In this document: piece by piece, positions 1 to 13,000 of the stretch
How positions within the stretch are numbered: position 1 is the stretch's first letter
Layout of the letters: the number at the start of each line of letters is the position of its first letter
Origin: Octopus sinensis
Lineage: Eukaryota
Direction: 5' to 3'
Assembly: GCF_006345805.1 (NCBI RefSeq)
Contig: NC_042997.1
Coordinates: 207,266,001-207,330,000 of the forward strand
DNA: 64,000 nt
Translations under genes and position numbers: made by a program
The notes under the pieces: model-generated
Seen by the model: only the letters and a program-made list of their open reading frames with translations
The model's database searches: none
What the model was told of the DNA's origin: nothing

Positions 1-626
1 CCTGATACCTTCAACTGTTTGGGAGTGGCACTTCTTCACACATCTCTCCTCATCCATCCGCAGTACATGACCATACCATCGCATGCGTCGCTCTTGCACA
101 CCACATCTGATGCTTCTTATGTCCAGCATTTCTCTCAGGGTGCTTACCCTCTGTCGTGCACGCACACTGACATTACACATCCAGCGGATCATGCTAGCTT
201 CATTTCTTTCAAGTCTTCGCATGTCTTCTGCAGTCACGGCCCATGTTTCACCACCGTGAAGCATGGCAGTTCGCACACATGCGTCATACAATCTACCTTT
301 CATGCTGAGCGAGAGACCCTTTGTCGCCAGTAGGGGTAGGAGCTTTCTAAACTTTGCCCAGGCTATTCGTATTCTAGTGGTGATACTCTCTGAGCATCCA
401 CCTCCACTACTAACTTGGTCACCCAGGTAGCAGAAACTATCAACTACTTCTAGTTTCTCCCCCTGGAGTGTAATGGAATCTGTTTTCTGAGTATCTGTGG
501 TGTCTATTGTCCCTGTGCATCTGCCGCACCTGAAAGCTATCTTATCAGTTAATTTCCCTTTGATGTTGCTGCACCTCTTATGCGTCCATAGCTTACACTG
601 GGTACATCTTATGGAGTTTCTACCTA
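1..626 (-). mobile_element. RTE-clade LINE fragment (C-terminal part of the RT ORF)
   Basis: Near-identical to the RTE copy at 33.9-34.5 kb; the reverse strand encodes the RT-thumb and PHD-like region seen in ORF 30798..32045. Confidence 0.85.
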
Positions 627-629
627 CGG

Positions 630-1140
630 CGAACAATTAAAAAACGTAACTAATTAAACACTTAACTTTAGCAGAAGGCAACCACATAACCTAAAGAAAC
701 TATTAACAACGGCAAAATTGAACATAAACAAACGGGATAGAACATTGACAGTATCCAAGTGTAACGATAACAGATGTGGAACGTGTCAATACATGCATAC
801 GGGGTAGATCCATTAGAACAAAAAGTGGACAGATTTTCACAAATACAGATTTGAACTGTAAAAGCAGGAATTTAATCTACTGCATTAAATGCCAGAATTT
901 CTAGGAATTATATATGGGCGAGACAGGAAATGCATTCTCAGAATGCTCACACGTCCACAGACAGCAAATCCAAAAGACCAATGTTCGCCAAATTCCATTG
1001 AACATATAGAGATGTGATCAGAAAATGTTTCTAATTTTCCCTTTCCACAAACTGCATGACACAAGTGAGGTTGGAAGAAAGATAAAAGAAAAACGGTTTA
1101 TTAAAATGTTCAAACCTGTTCTGAACAGAAATAAGAACAA
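630..1140 (+). mobile_element. Penelope-like element remnant, GIY-YIG endonuclease
   Basis: Manual translation gives KCNDNRCGTCQY and NLIYCIKCQNF*ELYMGETG...HRQQI, a Cys knuckle plus a GIY-YIG-type motif, with stops. Confidence 0.75.
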
Positions 1141-1210
1141 TATTATAACAACCAGTTAATGATGTGGATTAAATAATATTTTTAACATATGAATATAAAC
1201 AAATTACAAA

Positions 1211-1380
1211 GGTGGAAAGCTGGCAGAAATGTTAGCACACCAGGCAAAATGCTTAGTGGTATTTCATCTGTCTTTACATTCTGAGTTCAAATTCCACCAA
1301 GGCCAATTTTGCATTTCATCCTTTTGGGGTTGATTAATTAAGTACCATTTGCGTGGGGCCTTGTGCCTAGAGTAGAAAAA
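1211..1380 (+). mobile_element. tRNA-derived SINE (internally deleted)
   Basis: A-box-like GCTGGCAGAAATGTTAGC and B-box-like GAGTTCAAATTCC; homologous to copies at 7.8 kb and 62.1 kb. Confidence 0.75.
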
Positions 1381-1838
1381 AAAAATAGGCAAATTACAGA
1401 AGACTCCCTCCAATTGAAATAAAAACGATCAAAACCAACTCAGTTTGCTCACTCATAAAATCATTACATGTAAACCGCAAGCTAATTGGTTAAAATAAAG
1501 GCAGGGTCTATGCCAATAATATTGGTACGCCTGGCAAACCATGATGTTTAAGCTGCATGCAGATTGGTGAAAACCATATTCTAAAAATTCAACTTGTTGG
1601 ATTCCTCTAAGAAGTACAAAAATGAATGTCTGTCATTTTACTGAAGTTGTCAAGATTGATTACTACAAATGTATGCAAGTGCTAATTGAACTTTATGAAC
1701 ATTACAAAATATTTTTTTAATGTTTAACAGACTTCAACATTGTAAAAACATTTATTTTTTTAAAATACCATAGTAAAAACGTGAAAACCGGAATATGCTT
1801 TAACTTCATCCAACTGACATATTATTCTATACACATTG

Positions 1839-3828
1839 TCATCATCATCATCATCATCATCATTCCTTAACATCTGCTTTCCATACTGGCATGAATTGGA
1901 TGATTTGACTGAGGACTGGAAAGCCATGGAGGCTGCACCAGGCTTCAGTCTGGTCTGGCAGTATTTCTACAGCTGGATGCCCTTCCTAACACCAACCACT
2001 CTGTGAGTGTAGTGGGTGCTTTTTATGTGCCACCGGTACAGGGGGGGGGGCAGTCAGGCAGTACTGGCATCGGCCATGCGCAAATGGTGCTTTTTACGTG
2101 CCACTGTCACAGGAGCCAGTCAGATGACACTAGCAATGACCACACTTGAATGGTGCTTTTTTATGTGCCATCAGCACAGGACCAGTCAGCTGGCACTGCC
2201 ATCGACCACGAAAGGCTGCTTTTTATGTGCCACCAGCACAGGTGCTAATCAAGCAGTCCTGGCATCAGCCACAACAATTACTTCACTTGCCTCAACAGGT
2301 CTTCACAAGCACAGCTTATTGCCCAATGATTGAAAGGTACTTTTAAATGGGCTGATTATGCTGCATTGGAATAGTTTTTCCCCCTGGAATGTGACAGAAG
2401 TTGTTTTCTGCACATTTTCAGTGTTTATTGCCCCTGAGCATTTTCCACAAACAAAAACTATCTTCCCCATTAACCTTCCTTTGATATTGCTGCACCTCTT
2501 ATGTTTCCATAGATTACACCGGGTACATCTACCCGAGGGTTTCTACCTATACCTTTTCTACAGACCGAAGAGAGCTATCTACCTGAAGGGATTTGTGGTT
2601 TGTCTACCTTCCTACTTATTAGGACTTTGATTTTAGCTAGGTTGACTCTAAGGCCCTTCGATTCTAATCCTTGCTTCCACACCTGAAACTTCTCCTCCAG
2701 TTCTTATAGCAACTCAGCAATTAGAGCAAGCTCATCAGCATAGAGGAGCTCCCAGGGGCATCCTGTCGTGAATTCCTCTGTTACTACCTGGAGGACTGTG
2801 ATGAACAAGAGGGGGCTGAGGACTGACCCTTGGTGAACCCCTACTTCAACTAAGAATTCTTCACTATACTCGTTGCCAACCTTCACCTTACTAGCAGCAT
2901 CCCTGTACATGGCTCGTACAGCTCTCACTAACCATTCATCTATCCCTAGTTTCCTCATTGACCACTAGATAAGAGATCGGGGGACCCTGTCGAAGGCTTC
3001 CTCCATGTCAACAAAAGCCAGGTACAGGGGCTTATCTTTGATTAGGTATTTCTCCTGCAGCTGCCTTACCAGGAATATAGCATCAGTGGTACTTTTCCCT
3101 GGCACGAACCCAAACTGCATCTCATCTAAACTAACTCTCTCTCTAATTAGTTGGCTTATGACCCTCTCCGTAACCTTCATCACCTGATCCAACAGCTTGA
3201 TACCTCTGTAATTATTTCTTTCTAAGGCATCACCTTTACCTTTGTAGCAGTTGACTATGGTGCTGCTACACCAGTCATTGGGAATGACTCCTTCGTGTAT
3301 CACCTGGTTAACTATACGGGTGACTAGGCTATAGCCGACACTGCCAGATATTTTGAGCATCTCTGCAGTAATTCCTGATGGGCCTGGGGCTTTCCCTGTC
3401 TTCATGCTTCTAATTGCCTTAGCTACCACGGAACTATCAACTCGGATAGCTGGTCCCTCTGTTGGATAAACATTCAACAGACTCTCTTTCTCCCATTCAT
3501 TCTCTTTATTGAGCAACTTTTCATAGTGGTGTCTCTAAGTCTCTCTCTTTGCAGCATCATTCAGCGCAAGTGAACCATCATCCATGTGGACACATTTCTC
3601 TCCTATGACATCATGATTCTCTCTCACACACTGTCTTGCAACGTGAAATACTTCAAGTCTTTGGTCCTCATGACACAGAACACTGGCAAAATGCATTTTT
3701 ATCAGCTTCCCTAAGTAAACCTCTCTCCTATCTTCCCTGCCACCACTGCACTTCCAGTCCTTCTGTGCCTGTTTCTTTTCCCTAACTGTCCTTCATCTAC
3801 ATTGTGTCAGTACCATGTTACCTTAGGT
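1839..3828 (-). mobile_element. RTE LINE, 3' part (tail, 3'UTR, RT), internally deleted and interrupted by a hAT element
   Basis: (CAT)n tail at 1839; ORFs 2704..2958 and 2965..3516 carry RT motifs QGSVLSPLLF, LLYAD and FVDMEEAFDRV. Confidence 0.88.
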
Positions 3829-5880
3829 CAGGGGGTGTCAAACTCAATTGTACAGAGGGCCAAAACTCAAAGCACACTTTAGGTTGTGGGCTGAATAGGA
3901 TAAACATTTATTGAACAGACTAAAACATTTTGAACATGACCATGTATTGAAACAGATGGTATGTAATTTTATTCCAAAAAATATCTGCATAAAAATATCT
4001 CTTGTCAAATTTGTAAAAATTTAAAATAAGAACAGGTTGCAAAAAAAAGAAAGAAAATATAAAGAAAAAATGTGCTTTTTAGTGAAAATTAAAATAATAA
4101 ATCAAAACTTTCAATTTCCTTCATGAAATTTTGTCCAAGCTGTATACTTGGCATCTTTTCTTGACAACAAGTTCATTGATGTTTGGGGGGGGGCAAGGTT
4201 CTGTGTTGTTGAGACTCTCAGGATGGATTGCAGGTGTTCATCTGTGAGACGACTCCTATGTGAAGTTTTATTCATCTTCATCACAGAAAGCATTGCTCCC
4301 ACAGACATGTGCTTCTCAAATAAAGACAGCGTCCAAGCTGCATGCAAATGGAGTTGGGGCATCGCTGCAGGTATGAAGCAAGTGAACTGTGCAGGTTCCA
4401 CAGAGTTGTACTTTGCTTTTAATGTCCCATTACACTGCAGTTCTGTCAGCTCCATTTGAATCTGTACAGGTGCAGTTTCCACATTGATGGCAAATGGGTT
4501 GCAAAGCAGCTCGAAATTATTTTTCTGTGCTTCAAAGTCACAAAAGCGCCATGCAAATTCAGTGCAGGATGCACTCACTTTGCCAGCAAAGTGTTGCTTT
4601 GGGAACACAGTGGTACTGACTTGGCTCAACATTATTTGGCAACAGGGAATGTGAGACAAGTTCAATTAGTGCATTTGTCTCCCATAAGTGCAGCTTCACT
4701 TGAAATGCCTTCACTGCATCATACATATCACAGATCATGCAATCTCATCCCAGGAGCTGGAAGTTTAAAACATTGAGGTGCACAGTTATGTCAACCAGAA
4801 ATGCCATCTCACATTTCCACTTTTCATCCCACAGAACTTTGGATTCTTTTCCTTTATTATCCATGAACTGACATATCTCCTCTGAATCTATTTCCTGCAG
4901 GAAAGCTTAAATTGGCAGTGACTTACCTCGTTGGTTTGGATAAAGTTTACTGTTTGCATTACATTGCTCATTACATGTCCCATTTTGAAGACTTTATCGC
5001 TCAGCGTTTCCTGGTGTATGATGCAGTGATATGTTGTCAACTCACCAGCGCAGTTTTCTTCTTGCATCTTTAAACTTATCCAACCCATTAGTCCACTTTT
5101 TCACTGCACATTGCCTGTGCTCCATCTGTTGTAAATCCAACAAGTTTGTCCCAAAGCAGTTTCATGTTGGTTACATTCTGACATTTTTCAAAAAAATTCT
5201 TTACTGTTGTTGTCCCGTGCATTGATTTAATGTCCAAAATTCCCTCCATGACCAACAAATTGGAGTCCTCTCCACGGATGAAGATAACCAGCTGTGCCGT
5301 ATCAGTCATGTCAGTAGTCTCATCCACAGCAACAGAGTATGCAACAAAATCTTTTCCTTTTTCAATCAACTGTGTTTTTAAATCAATGGCCATCTCACAC
5401 ACTTGATTGGCAACCGTATTTCTGCTAATGCTCACATTGGCAAGCAGTTGTTTCTTGTTGTCCGGACACAAAATGTCACACATTTTCATCACACAGCTCT
5501 TCACAAGCTCTCCTTCAGTAAATGGCCAGGCTGATTTTGCCATCTCCTCTGCTGCAATAAAACCTGCTTTAACAGCAGCTTCACTTTATGATTTTGCTTT
5601 AGTTAAAAAACGTCTGTTTAATGTGAGATTCCTCTTCAACTCGTCTACCTTTCGTTGCTTCTTTTCAGCAGTGAGGTATTTATACTTGTCCTGATCTTTT
5701 GTCTCATAGTGGCATTTGAGATTATACTCTTTAAGTACAGTAACATTAGCACCACAATTAAGACACATGGTTTTGCCATCAATGTCAGTAAACATGTACT
5801 CAGTTTCCCACCGGATTTGAAAGACTCTGTTTTCAGCATTGACTTTTCTCTTGGCCATTGATATAGATAGCAACTACTAT
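3829..5880 (-). mobile_element. hAT DNA transposon (Charlie / GTF2IRD2-EPM2AIP1-like), degraded
   Basis: Terminal CAGGGGGTGTCAAACTC at 3829. Split ORFs 5586..5873 (KRKV..ENRVFQ.RWE.EY...CL.C, BED-like), 5088..5543 (SVAVDETTDMTDTAQL), 4888..5088 (HCIIHQE) and 4111..4665 (dimerisation region). Confidence 0.88.
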
Positions 5881-5889
5881 TGAATGACG

Positions 5890-6240
5890 TCACATGAAAG
5901 TGATTACCTGAAAGAGCAGTAGTCTGCAAGGGTGTGTCATAAAATCGGTCTTTCTGTTCATCAGGTAGCCCTGGCTGAGGGGCATAAGCCGACACAATAA
6001 TTGCTAATCCATGTTGCAGCATTAGTCTGATCCTAAGTATTCTATCACAGACTCTGACTACCTCGATTACCTTATCAACCCATTTCTCCACAAGAAGTGT
6101 ACCCATACCCGCGACCCTGTCAGTGTTCCCTGCCTAGAAAATCTTACACCCATGTTCTTTGCCTGTAAGGAACCTAGTAGAACTTCCTCTTCACCTTACT
6201 TCTTGGATGCAGCATGAATCTAAATGTCTCCATTCAAGCA
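5890..6240 (-). mobile_element. RTE LINE, AP-endonuclease part (5' remainder of the element at 1839-3828)
   Basis: ORF 5645..6106 begins EKWVDKVIEVVRVCDRILRIRL...SAYAPQPGLP, matching the APE of ORF 23125..23967. Confidence 0.8.
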
Positions 6241-6244
6241 TCAG

Positions 6245-6725
6245 TATGAATAATAAAAAAAGACTCCAAAACAGACCGAGGAAAATCATTTGGTTTGCTT
6301 CCACTTTTTTCTTAATGTTCAAACAAATATAGGCAAACGATTCCTGTTTCCCTAAGAGATTTTTCAGAAAATCAGAAACACTGAAAAATATTCAACAGGC
6401 ATTAGGCCACATGATCATATAGCTGCTGCTCCAATATGAAAAGCATCATTATACACAAACACCACCAAGAGCCTACTCCCAGTTGTAAGTGTCGTGACCC
6501 AGGAACTTGTCCACTCAACCAGGGATGTATTATTAAATCCATCACATATGAGGCAGAAGTTACAGCAACACTAGATTATGACATAACTGAAAAGAAGAGC
6601 TACATCAAGCTATGTAAAGGCAACTTCAAAAATCGATATGCTAATCACATATCTTCCTTTGGACACAGGGACTAAAGTAAAGCCACTTTGTTGGCTAGCT
6701 ATATATGGGGTTTGAAGTCAGATGC
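6245..6725 (+). mobile_element. Penelope-like element remnant, second GIY-YIG type
   Basis: ORF 6436..6675 reads CKCRDPGTCPLNQGC...ITYEAEV...SYI.LCKGNFKNRYANHISSF, followed by TLLASYIWGLK. Confidence 0.75.
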
Positions 6726-7007
6726 TACACTACAGACACTAATTTGTGTGTGTGTGTGTGTAATATAATGATTGTTACTTCTTTTCAGAAGGGGGCCATC
6801 ACTTCATTGAACATAACACGATCATATGCATGCAGGTGCCTCTTCAACCCAGCTTTTGTTCTGCAGGAACATTTGCAATCATGACATTTTTTTCTTTTCA
6901 TTACAAATGTACCATGGTGTGTGCATGGTGGAAGAACCATGCCACAAGCAGCTCATCTTCTCCCTGGTTAACGTTACTTTAGATGCCTAACAAACCCAGC
7001 CATCTCG

Positions 7008-7052
<45 letters not shown>

Positions 7053-7057
<5 letters not shown>

Positions 7058-7560
7058 TCATCATCATCATCATCATCATTTAACGTCCGCTTTCCATGCT
7101 AGCATGGGTTGGACGGTTCAACTGGGGTCTGGGGAGCCCGAAGGCTGCACCAGGCCAGTCAGATCTGGCAGTGTTTCTACAGCTGGATGCCTTCCTAACG
7201 CCAACCACTCCGAGAGTGTAGTGGGTGATTTTATGTGCCACCGACACAGGTGCCAGACGAGGCTGGCGAACGGCCACGCTCAGATGGTGTTTTTTTGTGC
7301 CACCGACACAGGTGCCAGACGAGGCTGGCAGACGGCCACGCTCGGATGGTGTTTTTTTGTGCCACCGACACAGGTGCCAGATGAGGCTGGTGAACGGCCA
7401 TGATCGGATGGTGTTTGTTACGTGCCCACAGCACGGAGGCCAGTCGATGCGGTACTGGCTACGGCCATGTTCGGATGGTTTTCTTGTGTGCCACTGGCAC
7501 TGGTACCACAAAGATACAAATTCCATTGATGTTCAAAGTCATACTCATCATCATCATATT
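7053..7560 (-). mobile_element. RTE 3'UTR-derived non-autonomous element with an internal 62-bp tandem repeat
   Basis: (CAT)n plus the RTE tail motif GTTTAACGTCCGCTTTCCATGCTAGCATGGGTTGGAC; GTGCCACCGAC recurs at 7235, 7297 and 7359. Confidence 0.75.
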
Positions 7561-7795
7561 TTCACTTCTGTCTTACAATGCTGGTATATGTCATATGGTT
7601 TGATACAATCCAACAGGCCCAGGGACTATATTGTGTTCTAATGCCTGCTTTGTTAGGAGTTCATCGCCACAACCACTAGCACCACCACCACCACCACCAT
7701 TGCAGCCATTTTCCCACCAAAACCCCCACTACTACTACTACTACTACTACTAGATTACTGTACTGTGTCTTATATTTCAATATTTCATGTCTAAA

Positions 7796-8010
7796 AGACA
7801 GCAAGCTGGCAGAACCATTAGCAGGCTGGGCAAAATGCTTAGCGTTATTTCCTCTGTCTTTACGTTCTGAGTTCAAATTCCACCAAGGTCGACTTTGCCT
7901 TTCATTTCTTTGGGGTTGATACATTAAGAACCAGTTGCATACTGGGATCGATCTAATCGACTGGCCCCACTCCCCCAAAATTTTGGGCCTTGTGCCTAGA
8001 GTAGAAAAGA
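7796..8010 (+). mobile_element. tRNA-derived SINE, full length
   Basis: A/B-box head, central GGTCGACTTTGCCTTTCAT...GATACATTAAGAACCAG, and tail ending GGCCTTGTGCCTAGAGTAGAAAAGA. Confidence 0.8.
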
Positions 8011-8122
8011 ATATTTCTTGTCTAAACCCCAAAATTAATCGAAATATTTCTGGGGTTTTTTTTGTTTTAGGCTCATAATTTTATTTTTGTTCTGAAATAT
8101 TTGATTTCTGTTTGAACTCTAG

Positions 8123-8256
8123 ACGTGATCCCTGTTACATGGTCACCAATGGGAGACAAGGAATTAAATAAAATTGTTCAAGTCACAAGTGGACCAGAAT
8201 ATAACGACATCCAAGCCACTTTCCGTCAGAATTTGCCTTCCTATCGTATAATCAAA
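8123..8256 (+). CDS. PARP14: PARP14/15-like mono-ADP-ribosyltransferase, exon at the start of the catalytic domain (gene A)
   Basis: AG acceptor at 8121-8122 and GT donor at 8257-8258. Encodes (D)VIPVTWSPMGDKELNKIVQVTSGPEYNDIQATFRQNLPSYRIIK, phase 1 in and phase 0 out, in frame with the next exon. Exact orthology is unresolved. Confidence 0.82.
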
Positions 8257-8404
8257 GTTTGTATTTTTACTTCTGTTTATAAACAATATTTGATGGTTTA
8301 TTGTTAAAACAAAATGTTAAGAGACATTTTGTGTGTATAAAAGATTTAAATCTCATTACATCAACCTATTTTGGATAGTTTTGTGTATTTTTCGATCACC
8401 ATCT

Positions 8405-8585
8405 TCATTATCATTTAGTGTCTGCTTCCCAAGTTGGCATGGGTTATACAGCTTGAATGGAACTGGTATGCTGGAGAGCTGTACCAGGTTCCAGTCTGAT
8501 TTGGCATGGTTTCTACAGCTGGATGCCCTTTTTAATACCAACCACTCCAAGTGTGTTCTGGGTGCTTTTTATGTGACACTAGCCA
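8405..8585 (-). mobile_element. RTE-tail element fragment
   Basis: Same tail block (CTACAGCTGGATGCCCTT...ACCAACCACTCC) as other copies. Confidence 0.65.
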
Positions 8586-8879
8586 CAACTATGATTTCAT
8601 TTGGTTTAATAAGGCTTCTCAAGTACAGTATATTCACAAGAAATCTTTGCTCAACAAAAATACCTCTGCTTTAACTTCTTGCATTGAATTGTAAATGCAA
8701 CACCATTTTGCAGCTAAACTATTATGCCTTACCAAAATTTACAGCCGAATCAAAATTGGTATCAAATAAAAAAGAAAAAAAAAAGCAGATAGGGTTGGGG
8801 CTTTTCACCACAAACGTTATTTCCTTGTCAAAGAAGAGAATTGATTGTCTTTTCATAAATGTATTTTCCTTTTCTACAG

Positions 8880-9057
8880 ATTGAGAGAATTCAAAATAAA
8901 ACATTGTACCATGGATACCAAGTATTGAAAAGAAAGTTTGAGGAAGAAAATCCAAAGATTACAAATGAAGTTGATGGCCTTTGGCATGGTACTGCTGAAG
9001 GAGCTGTTAAGGGAATAAATAAATCAGGATTCAACCGTAGCTATTGTGGTAAAAATG
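8880..9057 (+). CDS. PARP14: PARP14/15-like catalytic-domain exon (gene A) containing the NAD-binding His
   Basis: TTTTCCTTTTCTACAG acceptor and GTAAGT donor at 9058. Encodes IERIQNKTLYHGYQVLKRKFEEENPKITNEVDGLWHGTAEGAVKGINKSGFNRSYCGKN, with the IERIQN, HGT and FNRSYxGKN signatures of macroPARP-type ARTDs. Confidence 0.9.
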
Positions 9058-10003
9058 GTAAGTATATTATAATCATCATCATCATCTACCCACCCTTCCT
9101 ATTGTCCTGAGCTGGACAGACTGTCACTGTCCACATTGATTGCTGTTTAGAATCCTTTCTCACTCAGAGAGGACAGAGGATGTCATGTTGCTCACACATT
9201 CCATGTTTGGCATCGTTTCTACTGCCAGGTCCCCTTCCTAACATCTTCTGCTCTAGAGTAAACCAGTTGTATTTTATTATTGTGGAACCAACACTTTTAT
9301 TTGGATTGGGAGGAAGGGTCTGTCCCCATCCATTAATGTTCCTCTTGAACTTTTGTAAATGAAAATATTGCAGGAAAGATAAGAGAAGGGGTGGAATTCC
9401 AGAGGGGTAATGTTATGGGAAAGAAGGACTAGGTATAGTGGAGAGTCTGCAGGACTGGACGGAAATATCAACAAGCGAACACCAGGCCTAGCAATCACCA
9501 TTCTGAGTTTGTCAATTATAGATATACTGAGATAATCAATCCAGTGTTGTTAACTCTCATTGAAATATTCAATGTCTGCTACGGCCTAGAAATTAGTTAA
9601 GGGACATTTAATAACTGTACAGAAATCTGATAAACCAGCAGTCGTACCATTGTTATTGCCTGTTGTGTAATTATAATTATAACTTCGTAATATAATTGCA
9701 ATAAATTTATCCTCCCAAAGAAAGTGTAACCCAGATAGAAGCGCGATAACCTCCCCTGTCTTGAACAATAACAATCTACGATTACCTCCCTTTAGATTTT
9801 TCTATTTGCTGGTTCATTTAGGGACAAAGTTATTTTATTGCAAACGGGTAGAAACGTAGAAAACATGAAGTTGAAAATGCACTGGGGCTTGTTTAGATCT
9901 TTCTTTTAAAGATAACCAGTTTCACAGATTTCTCCTATTTTCAAAAGCTGGGATAGAAAGACAGGGAGCTGTGCTGCAACTACATTATTTTCGATATTTA
10001 TAT

Positions 10004-10047
10004 TATTTTAGGCTGGTGCATAATTATTGCGTTTTTTTTTTTAATAA
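10004..10047. mobile_element. Mariner-type MITE, left arm
   Basis: TAGGCTGGTGCATAATTATTGCG is the inverted counterpart of CGCAATAATTATGCACCAACCCAATA at about 16030-16055 and resembles Made1/Hsmar1 TIRs. Confidence 0.65.
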
Positions 10048-13000
10048 TATAATGAAATTATTGTATACAGTGCTCAGGTGCACCACAACTTGTCAGACAG
10101 TGCATATAAAGCACATGCAATAGTGTACAAATGTCTGGAAAGCGAACTATGCATGAGTCAAGTACATGCTTGTGTGTATGGAGGGGAGAAAATCAGGTGT
10201 AGTGTTGGCGAATCTCAGGAAGCATGGAAGTTTGAAGGATGCAGTGCTCCGACAACTAACAACTGATGCCGGCAGTTTGTTCCATGCTTCAGCAACTCTC
10301 AGCGTGAAAAAATGTTTCTGAAGTCATGGGAGCTGTGCTGTTTTTGACTTTGTAAATATGTCCATGGGTGTTAAGGGTGGAGTTTGAAGAGGTGCTCAGA
10401 GTTATTGTTTGTGCGATGGTTGATAATTTTATGGGTGTCTGCCAAGTCAGATGCCAGACGTTGGAGTTTCAATGTGTCCATGCCCAGGGAAGTAAGACGT
10501 TCAGGATATGGCAAATGCCTGATGGAGGGTATTCTTTTGGTTGCATGTTGCTGAACGGTTTCCAGACGATTAATATCCTGGGCAAGATAGGGGTTCCAGA
10601 CCGGTGATGCAAATTCCAGGTGAGGTCTTACCATAGCTATATAAAGCCGCAGATAGATAGTCGGAGAGCGACTCACAAAGGATTTGGTGAGTGATGCCAA
10701 GACACCCTCAGTCTTCTTGGCAATTTTAACGATGTGTTTTGTCCAACGCAAATCATTGTCGACAATAACACCCAGGTCACGTTCACATGAAGACTTTTTG
10801 AGACTAGTGTTGTGGAGGGAGTTGGTGGACGCTGGGTTTCTCCTCCCAAAATGCATGGTGGTACATTTGTCCACAGCCAGCTTGAGTTGCCAGTCCATGA
10901 TCCACTGCTGCATTGTGCCCAGGTCAACTTGCAATAGAGATCTATAGTGAACAGGATCTGACCTCTTTATTTCGAGGTACAGCTTGATGTCATCTGCATA
11001 TTTCAGCACTGTGGCATTCTTTAAGTTGGCATCTATGTCATTAACATATGCAACAAATAAAAGGGGGCCAAGAACAGATCCCTGTGGTACACCAGATGTC
11101 ATCTCATAGGGCGAAGAGTGCTGTCCTAGAACTGTGACGACCTCCTTTTGGCCAAAAATAAAGGACTTCAACCAGTTATAGAGTTCGTCTCTTACACCCA
11201 ACGCAGAAAGCTTCACCATAAGTCTTTTGTGTGGCACAGAGTTAAAAGCCTTAGCAAAGTCCAGGTAAACGACATCCACCCAGGATCCGCAATCAGTGAT
11301 TTGGGTAACGTCCTCAAGAAACTCGATGAGTTGATTACAGCAGCTGGAGTTAGGAATAAATCCAAATTGTGACGGCTGGATGAGGCTATGAGACTTCCAG
11401 AAGTTCCAGAGGGTTTCTCTGATACAGGATTCCATCAGTTTGGCGATGCAGCTAGTAAGACAGGTGATGTGCGGTCGCCTTTTTTGAACAGAGGGATAAC
11501 ACTGGCAGTTTTCCACTGTTCTGGAGTAACACCATTGTCAAGACAGAATTGGAAGAATAGAGAAAGTTGGCTTAGCAGAAAGTACCCACCGCGTTTGAGA
11601 AGTAGGTATGTAACACCATCGAGACCAAGAGAGGCATAGTTGCGTTTATTCTTAAGGTGGCGTTGTAGCATTGCTGGTGTAAATTGCATAGAAGATATAG
11701 AGTCCGATGTCAGTGGTGATGAAGATGGAACATCTGCACATTCTTCAGGATTGCCAGTAATCTGTCTGTGTGGGGGATTGCGAAGGGGACCAACTGGAGA
11801 GTGGGGTCTCTGCTTTGAGTGCACATACTTCCAGAACACTTTGCTGTCAGGGTTAGTTGCAATGCGTTGTTCAAATTCAAAGCACTGCCTTTTTTGTCAC
11901 CTGCTTGAGGTGGTTGGCTGACCTATTGCGCTTTTTCCTGTGCCTTGATTTGTGCAATTTGTATTCCCGTTCAGCATTACGGCATTCTTTCCTGGCAAGT
12001 CGGGACTGCTGCAGTCTCCCAAATTGAACTATTGGGTGTTTTTTTGTGCTTGCGTGATACATGATGCTGCACATGCTACCCATATTGAATTCAGAATGTT
12101 CTGGAGTATAGTGTCCACATCTCCAGAGGCATAAAATTCGAGCCAGTTTGGGCCGTCACAGCTCAGTACAATAAAAGCTCCAGTCAAAGCGGGCAATCTG
12201 AAGATGGTTGTGTTTTTTGTTACAACCAATGGAATGATCAGAGTCACCTAAAGGGTTCTTCAGTAGTGACACTAATGATTGTTTCAGGAGAAGTGGTAAA
12301 TAGCAGATCCAAAGCGTTGTTGCCCCTTGTGGGGGAGGTAACAACTTGGGGCCTATCTGAATTCAGCACCAGTTCAAGGAAATCGTCTGCACTTTGCGGC
12401 CAACGGAAGGCCTCCCAGTCAATCTCAGGGAAATTGAAGTCTCCCACAATATAAACATACGTGGCTGTTTTCATGGCAGCAGCTCTGAGGATATCAAAAA
12501 GCTGTGCATCTTGACGATAATTTGGGAGGGGGGGGCGGTAAACGACTCCGAGCAGAAGTGTTGACATGGTCATGTGTATATTGCAGAAAAATACTTCCTG
12601 CTGAGATTGGTTCAAATAATCACAGGGGATTGCCAATAGATTAGATTGAACATAAACCATCACACCCCTCCACGGCGATTATACGGTCTTTGCGGAACAG
12701 GTTGTAGCCGGCTATGCTGAAAACTCCATCACAGAGTGCAGAGTGTGCCCATGTTTCTGTGACTGTGATGAAATCTGGGTTGATACTTTTGATGTAGGAG
12801 TCAAAAAGCGTACCTTGTTGCATAAACTACGGGCATTCAAGGACAGCATTTATATCTGGATTTCAGGTGATGATATCCAGGGGATGGATGATTGTTCTTG
12901 GTTAGTTCCCAAGATTTTTGTATTGCCAGTTGTTGTTTGTGGTGCAGTCTGCAAGTCCAATGGCATCCCTTATCCACGACTCACCTGACTTGACGAATTC

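Noticed and set aside
1211-1300. tRNA genes (also 7796, 16383, 30080 and 60295)
   Set aside because: The A/B boxes belong to SINE heads; no cloverleaf can be folded and SINE bodies follow.
4111-5873. Host GTF2IRD2/EPM2AIP1/ZBED-like gene
   Set aside because: It is split by stops and frameshifts, has no introns, is bounded by a hAT TIR and is nested in a LINE.
6789-6835. Candidate 47-nt exon (TTTTCAG...CAG/GT) upstream of the PARP exons
   Set aside because: Its open frames end in phase 0 or 2 whereas the next exon needs phase 1, and no WWE similarity is recognisable.
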